A DNA stretch of 64,000 bases from Bacteroidota bacterium (GTDB taxonomy: Bacteria > Bacteroidota > Bacteroidia > Chitinophagales > Chitinophagaceae). Shown one piece after another: positions 26,646-37,091 of the stretch. The stretch is taken from positions 34,955 through 98,954 of the forward strand of contig JAEZDA010000017.1 in NCBI GenBank assembly GCA_023433345.1, read 5' to 3'. A program made the translations under genes and the position numbers. How positions within the stretch are numbered: position 1 is the stretch's first letter; each line of letters starts with the position of its first letter. Under the pieces are notes generated by a model that did not search any database, was not told the DNA's origin, and saw only the letters and a program-made list of their open reading frames with translations.

Positions 26646-27410
26646 ATGAAGGAAGCAATATACAAGCTGGTGGATGTACTAACCTTCAGGCGCGGCCTTT
26701 CACGCAACATCAATGGTTTTCATGTAAAGCTCCCCGCACGATATGTGAATTATTTTCCTGACAATTATGAAGCTGCGAACTTCAGGTTTTTGAAAGACAA
26801 TGTGAAGGCCGGCGATACGATCTTTGATATTGGCGCCCATATAGGGTTGTTCAGCACTATAGCTGCGCGGCTTGCTGGAAACGCGGGGCGTGTCATTTCT
26901 TTTGAACCTTCATCTGAAACTTTTAAACTTCTGAATGAAACAATTCGTATTAACGGACTTTCAAAAAACATCTTTCCCCGTCATGCAGCCGTGGGAGACA
27001 GGTCAGGTAAAGTGACCTTTTTCGTTTCACCTATCAGGGGAGATAACAGCAACAGCATTGTTTCGTATAAGAACGACCGTGAGTTGATACCTGTTGAAGT
27101 TGATCTTGTAAGTGTAGACGACCTCGTAAAGGCCGATCCCGGTATAAGACCTTCCTTTATGAAGATAGATGTGGAAGGCGCCGAGCTGGATGCATTGCGC
27201 GGGGCTTCTTTTACAATGCTAAACATAAAGCCACTTATAATTCTTGCGATACACCCTGAGCCGATAAAGGAAAAAGGCGATTCAATTGAAACGATTTACC
27301 ACTTCATTAAAACACACGGCTATCGCGCAACGCTCAATGGGAAAGCGGTTGGAGTGGAAGACCTTGTAAACCGCAATGGCCTTTTCGACCTTCATTTGCT
27401 TCCCGGGTAA
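26646..27410 (+). CDS. FkbM-family methyltransferase
   Basis: FDIGAHIG, SFEPS and MKIDVEGAE. Confidence 0.9.
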   Translation: MKEAIYKLVDVLTFRRGLSRNINGFHVKLPARYVNYFPDNYEAANFRFLKDNVKAGDTIFDIGAHIGLFSTIAARLAGNAGRVISFEPSSETFKLLNETIRINGLSKNIFPRHAAVGDRSGKVTFFVSPIRGDNSNSIVSYKNDRELIPVEVDLVSVDDLVKADPGIRPSFMKIDVEGAELDALRGASFTMLNIKPLIILAIHPEPIKEKGDSIETIYHFIKTHGYRATLNGKAVGVEDLVNRNGLFDLHLLPG

Positions 27411-27425
27411 CAACATGTTCGATAA

Positions 27426-28520
27426 ATGAAACCAAAAATTCTTCATATTATTTTCAACCTCGGCCGCGGCGGAGCAGAAACCATGCTGGTTAATATGGTG
27501 AAAGAGGTTGAAGAATATGAGCATGTGATAGTAACTCTGTTTCCTGAAAACCATTTCGGTAATGAAATTCAGAATGCGAGAATTGTTTGCATGAACCTGA
27601 AGTTGAAGAACCTGTTGTTTTTTCCAATTGTCGCGCAAAGCTTGAAGAAAATTATTTTGAGCGAAAAGCCGGCCCTCATTCACACGCATTTATACTGGCC
27701 CACTGTTCTCGCCAGGATGTGCACTCCTCGCCACATACCTTTAGTTACTACTATTCATGCTTTTGCCGGGCAATTGGTAGACTTTAAACGATGGTATCTG
27801 AAAATGCTTTACCGTTTTTCTTACGGCATCCGGCCCTCCACTATGGTGGCTGTTGCAAACGGAGCTTTAAAAGAATATTATAGTTACCTGAAACTTAAGC
27901 CGGGCAGGAACCACGTATTGTACACTTTTGTAGATACCGGTAAATTTTTTCCTTCAAATACTGCACTCCCGGGCGAAACCTTGAAACTTGTAAGTGTGGG
28001 TGCCCTCCGCTATCAGAAAAATCACGAATACCTGATCAGAGCTCTTAAACATCTTGATCATTCTGATGTTTCGATAGACATTTACGGCGAAGGGCCTTTG
28101 CGGGAAGATATCCGCGAAAAGATCAACGCATCAGGAGTTAATATTCGATTAATGGGGCAAGTGAGCAATATCTCTGAAAAGCTTAAACAGTACGACGCAT
28201 TCATCATGCCCTCATTTTATGAAGGTTTTTCTCTTGGGGTGCTGGAGGCGATGGCGATGAAAATTCCCTTGCTGTTGTCAGACATTCCTTCCTTCAGGGA
28301 ACAGTGTGATAATTCGGCGATGTATTTTAGTTTGCACGATCCTTCCGATCTTGCACAAAAGATCCTTCAGTTGAAGGGAGATCAGAAAGGGCTTCAGGAA
28401 AGAAGTGAGGCCGCATACGAAAGGGTTCTTAAGAATTTTACGCTTCCGATTCACCTGGAAAAACTGAGGCAGATATACCGCTTGGAGTTAGAGCCGGAAA
28501 AACATAATGCGAGGTGGTAG
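27426..28520 (+). CDS. Glycosyltransferase family 4
   Basis: GGAETML, QKNHEYL, EGFSLGVLEAMA and SDIPSFRE. Confidence 0.9.
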   Translation: MKPKILHIIFNLGRGGAETMLVNMVKEVEEYEHVIVTLFPENHFGNEIQNARIVCMNLKLKNLLFFPIVAQSLKKIILSEKPALIHTHLYWPTVLARMCTPRHIPLVTTIHAFAGQLVDFKRWYLKMLYRFSYGIRPSTMVAVANGALKEYYSYLKLKPGRNHVLYTFVDTGKFFPSNTALPGETLKLVSVGALRYQKNHEYLIRALKHLDHSDVSIDIYGEGPLREDIREKINASGVNIRLMGQVSNISEKLKQYDAFIMPSFYEGFSLGVLEAMAMKIPLLLSDIPSFREQCDNSAMYFSLHDPSDLAQKILQLKGDQKGLQERSEAAYERVLKNFTLPIHLEKLRQIYRLELEPEKHNARW

Positions 28521-28567
28521 GGTTTTTGTAAAACAACGAAGGTTTAGTTGAAGTAATAAGTAATATA

Positions 28568-30478
28568 ATGTGCGGCATAGCAGGGTTTATTGATTTTAGC
28601 GGAGGTTCAGATGCTGATATCTTAAAAAATATTACCGGAGTTCTTGATCATCGCGGGCCTGATGCAAATGGTCACGCTTTCTTCGGAGAAACTGAAGCCG
28701 CAATAGGTTTAGGCCATAAAAGACTTTCCATAATTGACCTTAGCAGTTCGGCAGGTCAGCCGATGCGCTACAAGAATTTTCATATTGTTTATAATGGTGA
28801 GGTTTTTAACTATTCCGAAATAAAGGAAGTTCTTAGATCGCTTGGCCATTCATTCGAAACTTCTTCTGATACCGAGGTAATTCTGCACGCATTCGAGGAG
28901 TGGGGTGCGGAAATGGTTCACCGCTTCATTGGTATGTTCGCCTTTGCCATTTATGACGATCAAAAGAAAAAACTCACCTGCCTGAGAGACCGCGCGGGCA
29001 TAAAGCCATTTTACTATTACTGGAAAGATGGGCTTTTCCTCTTTGCTTCGGAGCTTAAAAGTTTTCACCGCCATCCGGGTTTTAAAAAGCAAATTTCAAA
29101 AAGCGCTGTCCAGCAGTTCATTCAATACGGCTACATAATTGCTCCACTTTCTATTTTCGAAAATGCATATAAGCTGGAGCCAGGGCACTGGTTAGAATTA
29201 GCCGTTGATTCTACCACAATAAAAAAATCGTGTTATTGGAATGTATACGAAGCTTATAATAAGCCCAAGCTGGATATCTCTTTCGAAGAAGCAAAACAGG
29301 GAGTAACTGAGTTGATGAGGTCTGCATGCAACTATCGCATGGTGGCGGATGTTCCCGTTGGTATTTTTCTTAGCGGCGGTTACGACAGCACTGCAGTGAC
29401 GGCTTTGATACAGGGCTCGCAAACGAAGCGACTGAAAACCTTTTCAATCGGGTTCTATGAAGCCGAATACAATGAAGCGCATTACGCAAAGAAAGTTGCA
29501 GAGCATCTTGGAACCGAACACTATGAACATTATTGTACAACCAGGGAAGCCCAGGATATAATCCCTGCCATTCCTTTTTTTTGTGATGAACCTTTTGGCG
29601 ATTCATCGATCATACCAACAACGCTTGTGAGCAAACTGGCGAGGGAACAGGTAACCGTAGCGTTGAGTGCCGATGCAGGAGATGAAGTGTTTGGAGGCTA
29701 TAACAAATACCCGATGGCCCTCGACCTTTATGGTAAAATGGCTTCCGTTCCCCCTTTGCTAAGAAATTTTTCTGGCAGGGTGCTCGCAAATTTTCCGGAT
29801 AAAATGTTGCGAAGGCTTTCGGGCACAGAAGCCCTCGCTATGAAAAAGAAACGAATCTCCGAAGGTCTCCGGAAAGGAAAATTTTCCATTTTGGATGTAA
29901 TGGATAAATATTTATCGCAATCATATTCAGAATCACAGTTAGATGAATTGTTGAATTTTCCGGTTCAGGACGGCCTTGAAATGTCTGCATTTGCCAGCGG
30001 ACTCAACAAGTCTGTCAGCAACCTTGAAAAAATGATGGCGCTTGATTACAAAACTTATTTGCCTGATGACATCCTGGTGAAGGTAGATCGTGCCGGGATG
30101 TCTGTATCGCTTGAGGGGCGCGAACCCCTGATCGATTCAAGGCTGATAGAATTCGTTGCGCAACTACCTGTGGAATACAAAATGAAAAACGGCAGCAAGA
30201 AATTTATTTTGAAAGACATAGTTCACTCTCTTGTTCCCAAACAGCTGATGGACCGACCCAAGATGGGCTTCGGTGTTCCTGTATCAGACTGGCTTCGCGG
30301 GGAATTGAGTTCCTATGCTGATTCATTTATGACGGATGCTTCCTTTAATCACGGACTGTTTAGAAAAGAAGGAGTGAAAAAAATAATCAGCGAATTCAAA
30401 GCCGGTAACCGCAACTACAATTCTCTTTACTGGTTTTTACTTATGTTTCAAATGTGGCATAAACACTGGATGGATTAA
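28568..30478 (+). CDS. asnB: Asparagine synthase-like glutamine amidotransferase (polysaccharide amidation), paralogue 1
   Basis: MCGIAG N-terminal Cys, HRGPD, FLSGGYDS, KVDRAGMSVSLEGREP and KMGFGVP. Confidence 0.9.
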   Translation: MCGIAGFIDFSGGSDADILKNITGVLDHRGPDANGHAFFGETEAAIGLGHKRLSIIDLSSSAGQPMRYKNFHIVYNGEVFNYSEIKEVLRSLGHSFETSSDTEVILHAFEEWGAEMVHRFIGMFAFAIYDDQKKKLTCLRDRAGIKPFYYYWKDGLFLFASELKSFHRHPGFKKQISKSAVQQFIQYGYIIAPLSIFENAYKLEPGHWLELAVDSTTIKKSCYWNVYEAYNKPKLDISFEEAKQGVTELMRSACNYRMVADVPVGIFLSGGYDSTAVTALIQGSQTKRLKTFSIGFYEAEYNEAHYAKKVAEHLGTEHYEHYCTTREAQDIIPAIPFFCDEPFGDSSIIPTTLVSKLAREQVTVALSADAGDEVFGGYNKYPMALDLYGKMASVPPLLRNFSGRVLANFPDKMLRRLSGTEALAMKKKRISEGLRKGKFSILDVMDKYLSQSYSESQLDELLNFPVQDGLEMSAFASGLNKSVSNLEKMMALDYKTYLPDDILVKVDRAGMSVSLEGREPLIDSRLIEFVAQLPVEYKMKNGSKKFILKDIVHSLVPKQLMDRPKMGFGVPVSDWLRGELSSYADSFMTDASFNHGLFRKEGVKKIISEFKAGNRNYNSLYWFLLMFQMWHKHWMD

Positions 30479-30489
30479 CTTGCCGACGG

Positions 30490-31731
30490 ATGAAACATGT
30501 TTTATTTCTTAGTTATGATGGAATGACTGATCCACTGGGGCAAAGCCAGGTGATCCCTTATTTGAAAGGACTAACTTCCGCCGGATATCGCTTTACTATT
30601 TTAAGCTGCGACAAACCTTCTAATTATGCAGAAGGAAAAGACCAGGTGTTCTCTTCACTCCGCGGGTTTCCGATTAACTGGGTGAGTATCCCATATCATA
30701 AAGATCCGCCAGTGCTGTCTTCGATTTTCGATCTTATAAAGATGCGCAAGGCTGCGGCTGAAATACACCGGAAGGATACCGTTCACATGGTTCATACCCG
30801 TCCGGGAATTCCTCCAATGGTTGCTCTGTGGATGAAAAAAAAATTCGGGGTGCGGTTCGTAAACGATATACGTGGCTTCTGGGCAGACGAAAGAGTTGAT
30901 GGAGGCATGTGGAATTTGCAGAACCCCGTTTTTAAAATGATCTACAAATTCTTCCGCAAAGAAGAAGATAAGAGTTTAAGGGCAGCAGATCATAATATTT
31001 GCCTTACATATGCAGCAAAAAAAATAATTCATAGCTGGAAACATATTCCAAAACAGCCCGTTCCTCTCACCGTAATTCCCTGTAGTGCAGATCTTCAATT
31101 GTTTAACCCAGACAAAGTTTCAACCTCCGTTCGCGATAAGTGGCGCGTGCAATTGGGCATTCCTCACACGGCTACAGTATTTACCTACCTTGGTTCAATC
31201 GGCGGCTGGTACCTTACTGATGAAATGATGAGTTTTTGCGCCATAGCAGCAAAAGAATTTCCTGCAGCTCATTTCCTTTTTATTTCGCCTCACAGGCATT
31301 CGGAAATAAAAGACAGAGCTGCAAAGCATGGTGTTCCTGAAAACCGGATGCACGTAGTGAGAGCACAAAGAGAGGAAGTGGCAACTGTTTTATCCTTAAG
31401 CCATTTTTCTTTTTTCTTTATTAAGCCGTGCTTTTCAAAACTGTCTTCTTCTCCAACCAAGCACGGAGAGATCATGGCAATGGGAATTCCGGTGATCACT
31501 AATTCGGGAGTGGGAGATGTGGCGGAGATTGTAGAGAATTTTGATGCAGGATTTGTGATCGATAATTTCACAACAGAAGAGTTTCAACGCGTGATAAGGG
31601 AAATAAAAGCGGGCAAAGGTTTCGACCTGAATAATATTCGCTTCGGCGCGAAGGAATTTTACGGGCTGGAGAATGCTGTGAAAAGCTACAGGGAGGTGTA
31701 TGATAGAGTTTTCCGCGGCACTGATGCCTAA
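30490..31731 (+). CDS. Glycosyltransferase family 4
   Basis: SYDGMTDPLGQSQV and SSPTKHGEIMAMGIPVI. Confidence 0.85.
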   Translation: MKHVLFLSYDGMTDPLGQSQVIPYLKGLTSAGYRFTILSCDKPSNYAEGKDQVFSSLRGFPINWVSIPYHKDPPVLSSIFDLIKMRKAAAEIHRKDTVHMVHTRPGIPPMVALWMKKKFGVRFVNDIRGFWADERVDGGMWNLQNPVFKMIYKFFRKEEDKSLRAADHNICLTYAAKKIIHSWKHIPKQPVPLTVIPCSADLQLFNPDKVSTSVRDKWRVQLGIPHTATVFTYLGSIGGWYLTDEMMSFCAIAAKEFPAAHFLFISPHRHSEIKDRAAKHGVPENRMHVVRAQREEVATVLSLSHFSFFFIKPCFSKLSSSPTKHGEIMAMGIPVITNSGVGDVAEIVENFDAGFVIDNFTTEEFQRVIREIKAGKGFDLNNIRFGAKEFYGLENAVKSYREVYDRVFRGTDA

Positions 31732-32654
31732 AGTTTTCTCAGCCAGATCACCAATTGAAGTCCGCGCTTGGTCATCTTCATATATTGCTTCAAGATCGGA
31801 TGCAGAAAACGCGGACCGTGAAATATTGAGCCCACATCGTATTTGTAATAAGCGATCGAATATTCTCCGGTTAATTTCGCATTTTCTGTGAAAGACTTTA
31901 CGTCGAATTCAAAAAGGTGAAATGGCGAATGCATCGGGCTTAAGTTCGTAACAAAATTTGTTCCACTTAATTTATAATATGCATTCAATAATTTTCCTAT
32001 CAGGTGTTTGGAGGAAGGAACCTCTACATGCATCACTCCTCCCGGCTTAAGCCACTGCATTCCTTTATGTATACACTTTCCGGGATGATAGAAGTGTTCC
32101 AATACGGCGCCGAAATTCACGAAGTCGAATTCATTCTGAGGAAAATCCATTTCCTCCAGCATTCCCAGTTTCAATCTTTCAGGGTTCACCTTTGTGTGAG
32201 ACAAAGCTTTCTCATAAAAAGGAACCGAGGGCTCAAAACCCCATGTGTCGAAGCCCGCATGTTCCAACGATAGCATTCCCATCCCGATCCCTGCACCGCA
32301 GTCCAAGGCCTTCATTCCAGGTTTGAACCCAATCAGCTCTTTCGTTTTCAGGATCTGTGGAAGAAAGTAATTTTCCTCCCAGTCAAAACTCCTGTCGTTC
32401 CAATATTCATCAGGCGGAATGCCATAGTGATCCTGGATGTTAAATGGAATCGGTTGGGGATTTGAATAGATAAGGTTGCAATTTCTGCATTGAATTACTG
32501 AAACACTTATACCGGAAAGTTTTTTAGGGTTTAACCCCTGAGATTGGTTGAGCCTTTGACCGAGCACTCTGTTGCCGGCAGTCTCAGCTCCGCACATGTC
32601 GCAGTTGGTGATATAGTCAAAATAATATTGCTGACGTTTACCAGTCGGAGACAT
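31728..32654 (-). CDS. Class I SAM-dependent methyltransferase with an N-terminal Cys4 zinc motif
   Basis: CDMC...CRNC, LDCGAGIG, AVLEHF and LKPGG. Confidence 0.87.
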   Translation of the reverse strand: MSPTGKRQQYYFDYITNCDMCGAETAGNRVLGQRLNQSQGLNPKKLSGISVSVIQCRNCNLIYSNPQPIPFNIQDHYGIPPDEYWNDRSFDWEENYFLPQILKTKELIGFKPGMKALDCGAGIGMGMLSLEHAGFDTWGFEPSVPFYEKALSHTKVNPERLKLGMLEEMDFPQNEFDFVNFGAVLEHFYHPGKCIHKGMQWLKPGGVMHVEVPSSKHLIGKLLNAYYKLSGTNFVTNLSPMHSPFHLFEFDVKSFTENAKLTGEYSIAYYKYDVGSIFHGPRFLHPILKQYMKMTKRGLQLVIWLRKL

Positions 32655-32674
32655 GATACAATTTTAAGGTAAAC

Positions 32675-33577
32675 CTATCTTTTTTTTCCGATAGCGTGAT
32701 AGAAGGGCGTCAGCGGACTTATAATAATATTCTCCAGCCCGCAATTACGCATCATTGTTTCAACCTGCGCTTTAGAAAAACGTTGTTCTAACCTTGTGCC
32801 GAATTTATCAAGCGCATCATTTCTTATAACAAAAAACGATTTGTTGTTATAAGCACTGAGCGGCATTTTTATAGCCACATTTCTTAAGCCTATAAGCACC
32901 AGAAATCTCACCCAAAGGATCAACGGCATATAAATTATTATTGCCAGAATATCGCAAACAATGCGTTTTAGTTTTGACGGTAGCCTGCAAACAACCTTTC
33001 TTATCTGATCGCTCAACCAATAAAGAGTTTTAAACCACCAGCCTCTTGTTTCCAGGTTGTGATAAAGGTAGCAATAGAAGTAACCGCCTTTCTTCACCTT
33101 TTTCACGCAATCCTGCATGGCTTTTTGTGTATCAGGAATGTGGTGAAGCACCCCAACACTCATTGCAAAATCAAAGGTTTCATCGTTGAAAGGAATTGTT
33201 TCAACACTTGCTTTGGCTAGCCTTACGTTGGGGATATTTCCTAAAAGTTTGTCTGCCGCAAAAATTGCATCGCTGGGGTCGATCGCTTCAACGAATCCTG
33301 CTTTTTGAGATAAATACTTCGTCCACCTTCCTGTGCCGCAGCCGATATCCAACATGTAGGTTTGCCTGTTTACGATCTCATCGTTTATCAGGTCAAAGTA
33401 CTCCTGCGAAATGGATTGAATGGTTTCATCTGAAAAATCGTGGAACTTAACCCACTCGTCCCCGAACGACTGCACCACCTCAGCGTCAATATTGCTTCCT
33501 TCAATCGAAAAAATGGCAACCTCTCTGTTAGTTCCCATCACCACATTTTCGGGCGCCCGGTTATAGTTCTTTTTCAT
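32675..33577 (-). CDS. Class I SAM-dependent methyltransferase
   Basis: LDIGCGTGRW and GVLHHIPD; start at ATG 33577 after a TATTTTTG -7 element. Confidence 0.88.
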   Translation of the reverse strand: MKKNYNRAPENVVMGTNREVAIFSIEGSNIDAEVVQSFGDEWVKFHDFSDETIQSISQEYFDLINDEIVNRQTYMLDIGCGTGRWTKYLSQKAGFVEAIDPSDAIFAADKLLGNIPNVRLAKASVETIPFNDETFDFAMSVGVLHHIPDTQKAMQDCVKKVKKGGYFYCYLYHNLETRGWWFKTLYWLSDQIRKVVCRLPSKLKRIVCDILAIIIYMPLILWVRFLVLIGLRNVAIKMPLSAYNNKSFFVIRNDALDKFGTRLEQRFSKAQVETMMRNCGLENIIISPLTPFYHAIGKKR

Positions 33578-33695
33578 TCTGCGCTGCAAAAATAAGGGGT
33601 TAGCACTTTCATTGCCTTTTTTGTGTGGGCGTATCCTTTTGACTATCTGCACTATTGAAACGTGTATTCTATATTTTTACGCCTTTATTCCAATT

Positions 33696-34862
33696 ATGAG
33701 CAGTCGTTATTTAATTGTCGGTTCAGGTTTTTCAGGGAGTGTGCTAGCTAACAGGCTCGTTGATCACTCCGATTGCTCAGTTGACATTTGGGAAGAAAGA
33801 AGCCATGCAGGAGGTAACTGCCATACTTCAAGGGATGAGGAAACGGGAATTATGGTCCATCACTACGGGCCACACATTTTCAATACAGACAAGAAGCACA
33901 TTTGGGATTTTGTGAATCGCTTCGGTGAATTCAGGCCTTACGTTCATCGTGTTAAAGCCATGAGCGGAGGCAAGGTGTTTTCTTTGCCGGTCAACCTGCT
34001 TACCATAAACCAGTTTTTTAATAAATCGCTTGGCCCTGCTGAGGCAAGGGCATTTCTATCGGACATCGGGGATAGTTCAATTGAAACTCCGGAAAATTTT
34101 GAAGAACAGGCCCTTAAATTTCTTGGTAAGGATCTTTACCAGGCTTTCTTTTACGGATATACCAAGAAACAATGGGGTTGCGAACCCCGGATGCTTCCGG
34201 CATCAATACTTCGGCGCATACCAGTGAGGTTTAATTATGACGATAACTATCATCCAAATTTATATACAGGCATCCCCGTTGAAGGTTACTCTTCTGTAAT
34301 GGAAAAAATGCGTGCAAGTGATAAGATCAGAGTTATCTTAAACAAGAAATTCGATCCATCTGATCAGCCTGAAGGATACGATCATATATTTTATACCGGT
34401 GCCATAGACGCTTTTTTCAGGTATGAATTTGGAAGATTGGGATATCGTACTGTAAAGTTTGAAAAGTTTTCAGAAACCGGCGATCACCAGGGAGTTGCTC
34501 AGATGAATTACTGTGATGAAAATATTCCGTACACCCGTGTTGCCGAGCACAAACATTTCACGCCTTGGGAAGAACATGATAAAACTGTTTACTTCAGGGA
34601 GTACAGTACGGAAACAGGTTTAAATGATGAACCCTTTTATCCTAAACGCCTTGAAGCCGACAAGATAATGTTGCAGAATTACAGAAAAGCCGCAATGCAA
34701 TTGAAAAACATTTCCTTTCTTGGCAGGCTGGCAACATACCGTTATATGGACATGCATAATGTGATCGGTGAAGCAATCGATTTTGCAGATACTTTTATGC
34801 AGTGTATGCGAAACGGTGCAGCAGGTCCGGTTTTTCCTAATGATGAATCGGCGATATCATAA
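33696..34862 (+). CDS. glf: UDP-galactopyranose mutase
   Basis: IVGSGFSG, GGNC, HHYGPHIFNT, GYTKKQWG, EPFYP and GRLATYRYMDM; start at ATG 33696. Confidence 0.94.
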   Translation: MSSRYLIVGSGFSGSVLANRLVDHSDCSVDIWEERSHAGGNCHTSRDEETGIMVHHYGPHIFNTDKKHIWDFVNRFGEFRPYVHRVKAMSGGKVFSLPVNLLTINQFFNKSLGPAEARAFLSDIGDSSIETPENFEEQALKFLGKDLYQAFFYGYTKKQWGCEPRMLPASILRRIPVRFNYDDNYHPNLYTGIPVEGYSSVMEKMRASDKIRVILNKKFDPSDQPEGYDHIFYTGAIDAFFRYEFGRLGYRTVKFEKFSETGDHQGVAQMNYCDENIPYTRVAEHKHFTPWEEHDKTVYFREYSTETGLNDEPFYPKRLEADKIMLQNYRKAAMQLKNISFLGRLATYRYMDMHNVIGEAIDFADTFMQCMRNGAAGPVFPNDESAIS

Positions 34863-35954
34863 ATGGCCCGCAAGAAAAAGATATTGGTTATTTGTCCGCA
34901 TCCTGTGGATGTTGCTCCCGGGCAAAGGCTGAAATATGAGCAGTATTTCGGCAGCTGGCGCAACAGGGGATATGATGTGCACGTTTCGCCATTCTTTTCT
35001 CCAAGAATGCAAAGCATTCTCTACAGCAAGAAAAATATTCCTGAAAAAATTTTCTGGGTCGTTGCCGCCTATTTTAAAAGGATTGGAAATCTTTTCACGA
35101 TCCGCAATTACGATCTTGTTTATATATTTCTTTGGGTAACTCCATTTGGCTTTCCACTTATGGAGAAACTTTTTGTTGCCATGAATCCAAACATGGTGTA
35201 TGATATCGACGACGCAATTTTCATGAAGGAAAAAAGTCTTCGTAACCGATGGATAGATTTTATAAGAGGGCGAAACAAACCTTTCTTCTTAATGAAAAAG
35301 GCAAAGCATGTTATTGCGTGCACCCCGTATCTGACTGAGGTTGCCCTGTCACTTAATAATTCAGTTACTGATATTTCATCTACGATAAACACCGACACCT
35401 ACCAGCCGGTAAATAAATATCGCAACGATCATAAACTCGTGCTTGGATGGAGTGGCAGCCATAGTACTTCCCGCTTTCTATACCTGTTGAGGAATGTTTT
35501 GCTTCAACTGCAAAAGGAAATTCCTTTCAAGCTTTTGGTGATGGGAGATCCGAAATTTCATATTGAGGGATTGGACATGGAAGCGATAGAATGGAGCGCT
35601 GAAAATGAGGTGCCCACCCTGCAGCGTTTTGATATTGGCCTCTATCCCTTACCGTTAGACAATGAATGGGTGCTGGGAAAAAGCGGTCTCAAGGCTCTTC
35701 AATACATGGCCGTTGGGTTACCTGTAGTGGCAACCGCGATAGGGGCAAATTTTCGAATAATCGATGACGGCAAAACCGGATTTTTAGTGAAGACCGAAGA
35801 GGAGTGGATAGCCCGGTTGAAGCTTCTTATGACGGACGAAACACTCAGGAAAAAACTGGGAGAGGCCTCCCGCCTTAATGTGGAGAAACATTATTCCATT
35901 CATGCGAACGCTCCTGTATATCTCTCTATAATTGAATCGGCTATGCGAAAATAG
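34863..35954 (+). CDS. Glycosyltransferase family 4
   Basis: YDIDDAI, GWSGSHST and GKSGLKALQYMAVGLPVVA. Confidence 0.88.
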   Translation: MARKKKILVICPHPVDVAPGQRLKYEQYFGSWRNRGYDVHVSPFFSPRMQSILYSKKNIPEKIFWVVAAYFKRIGNLFTIRNYDLVYIFLWVTPFGFPLMEKLFVAMNPNMVYDIDDAIFMKEKSLRNRWIDFIRGRNKPFFLMKKAKHVIACTPYLTEVALSLNNSVTDISSTINTDTYQPVNKYRNDHKLVLGWSGSHSTSRFLYLLRNVLLQLQKEIPFKLLVMGDPKFHIEGLDMEAIEWSAENEVPTLQRFDIGLYPLPLDNEWVLGKSGLKALQYMAVGLPVVATAIGANFRIIDDGKTGFLVKTEEEWIARLKLLMTDETLRKKLGEASRLNVEKHYSIHANAPVYLSIIESAMRK

Positions 35955-36079
35955 CTGAGTACCGGCTATTAAAAATTTTATTCAGAAACGATTTTCATCC
36001 GGTCGCGCAATAGTGCGGGCAGGTATCACGTTATTGTAGTGATTCTATACCTTAAAAGACCCTGAAAATCCAAAGTCCT

Positions 36080-37075
36080 ATGGAAAAGGCAATTGCCGTG
36101 GTTGTTTCTTACAACCGCCAGGCACTACTTTCAGAATGTATTTCAGCGCTAAGAAATCAAACCAGGAAGCCTGATGCAATTCTCGTTGTAAATAACGGCA
36201 GCACAGATAATACTGAATCATGGCTGTCAGATCAGAAAGATATTTTTTATGTCACCCAAACCAATCTGGGGTCGGGTGGTGGTTTTAATACCGGCATCAC
36301 ATGGGCCTATCAAAAAGGATATGCCTGGATATGGTGCATGGATGATGATGGCTATCCCCGCGAAGACGCGCTGGAACAACTTTTAAAGCATGAGGGAAAT
36401 GAAAGAGGTTTGTTGAACTGCGCCGTTCTCAATAAGCATGATAAAAAGTCTTTTGTTTGGAAAACGGGAAGTTATGCCACGATTGATGAGGTGAAAGAGG
36501 AAGCGATTGAAGGAATAGGTCATCCGTTTAATGGCACTTTAATTCATCGCTCAATTGTAGAAAGGGTTGGTGTACCCAAGAGCTCATTGTTTTTATGGGG
36601 CGATGAAACCGAGTACTATTACAGAATTGTAAAGAAAAATAATTATCCTGTCAGAACCATTGCTTCAAGCATTCATTACCATCCACCCGCTGCATTCACC
36701 TACAAAAATGATTGGGAGTTCAATTCATCATGGAAGATGTATTACTACGTAAGAAACCGTTTTCATGTACATAAGGCAAAATGCGCCAACAGGCTGGCAG
36801 CATTCGTCAATTACTCATTCTTCCTTTTGGCATTTGCGGGTATCATAATGGTTTATCAGAAGACAGACAAGCTGAAAAAATTGAATTTTATCGTATGGCC
36901 TGCTGTTGACGCTGTTCGTAACAGTTTTGATGTAATGCCCGCAGACGTTCTGCAGAAGTTAAACGGCACTAAGGCCCGCCAATCATTGCGTCTTTCCCTT
37001 TACTTCAAAAATATATGGCTGGCCATCTTCTCTCCTTACACTCTAGCTAAGAGAGCTGAAACGGCAAATGCCTGA
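36080..37075 (+). CDS. Glycosyltransferase family 2 (galactofuranosyl/rhamnosyl transferase-like)
   Basis: VVSYNR, NNGSTD, NLGSGGGF, CMDDD, FLWGDETEY and YYYVRN. Confidence 0.88.
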   Translation: MEKAIAVVVSYNRQALLSECISALRNQTRKPDAILVVNNGSTDNTESWLSDQKDIFYVTQTNLGSGGGFNTGITWAYQKGYAWIWCMDDDGYPREDALEQLLKHEGNERGLLNCAVLNKHDKKSFVWKTGSYATIDEVKEEAIEGIGHPFNGTLIHRSIVERVGVPKSSLFLWGDETEYYYRIVKKNNYPVRTIASSIHYHPPAAFTYKNDWEFNSSWKMYYYVRNRFHVHKAKCANRLAAFVNYSFFLLAFAGIIMVYQKTDKLKKLNFIVWPAVDAVRNSFDVMPADVLQKLNGTKARQSLRLSLYFKNIWLAIFSPYTLAKRAETANA

Positions 37076-37091
37076 AAAATTTGAATACCTC

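Noticed and set aside
31728..33700. Invertible (phase-variable) promoter or shufflon in the glycan locus
   Set aside because: No flanking inverted repeats and no site-specific recombinase gene seen
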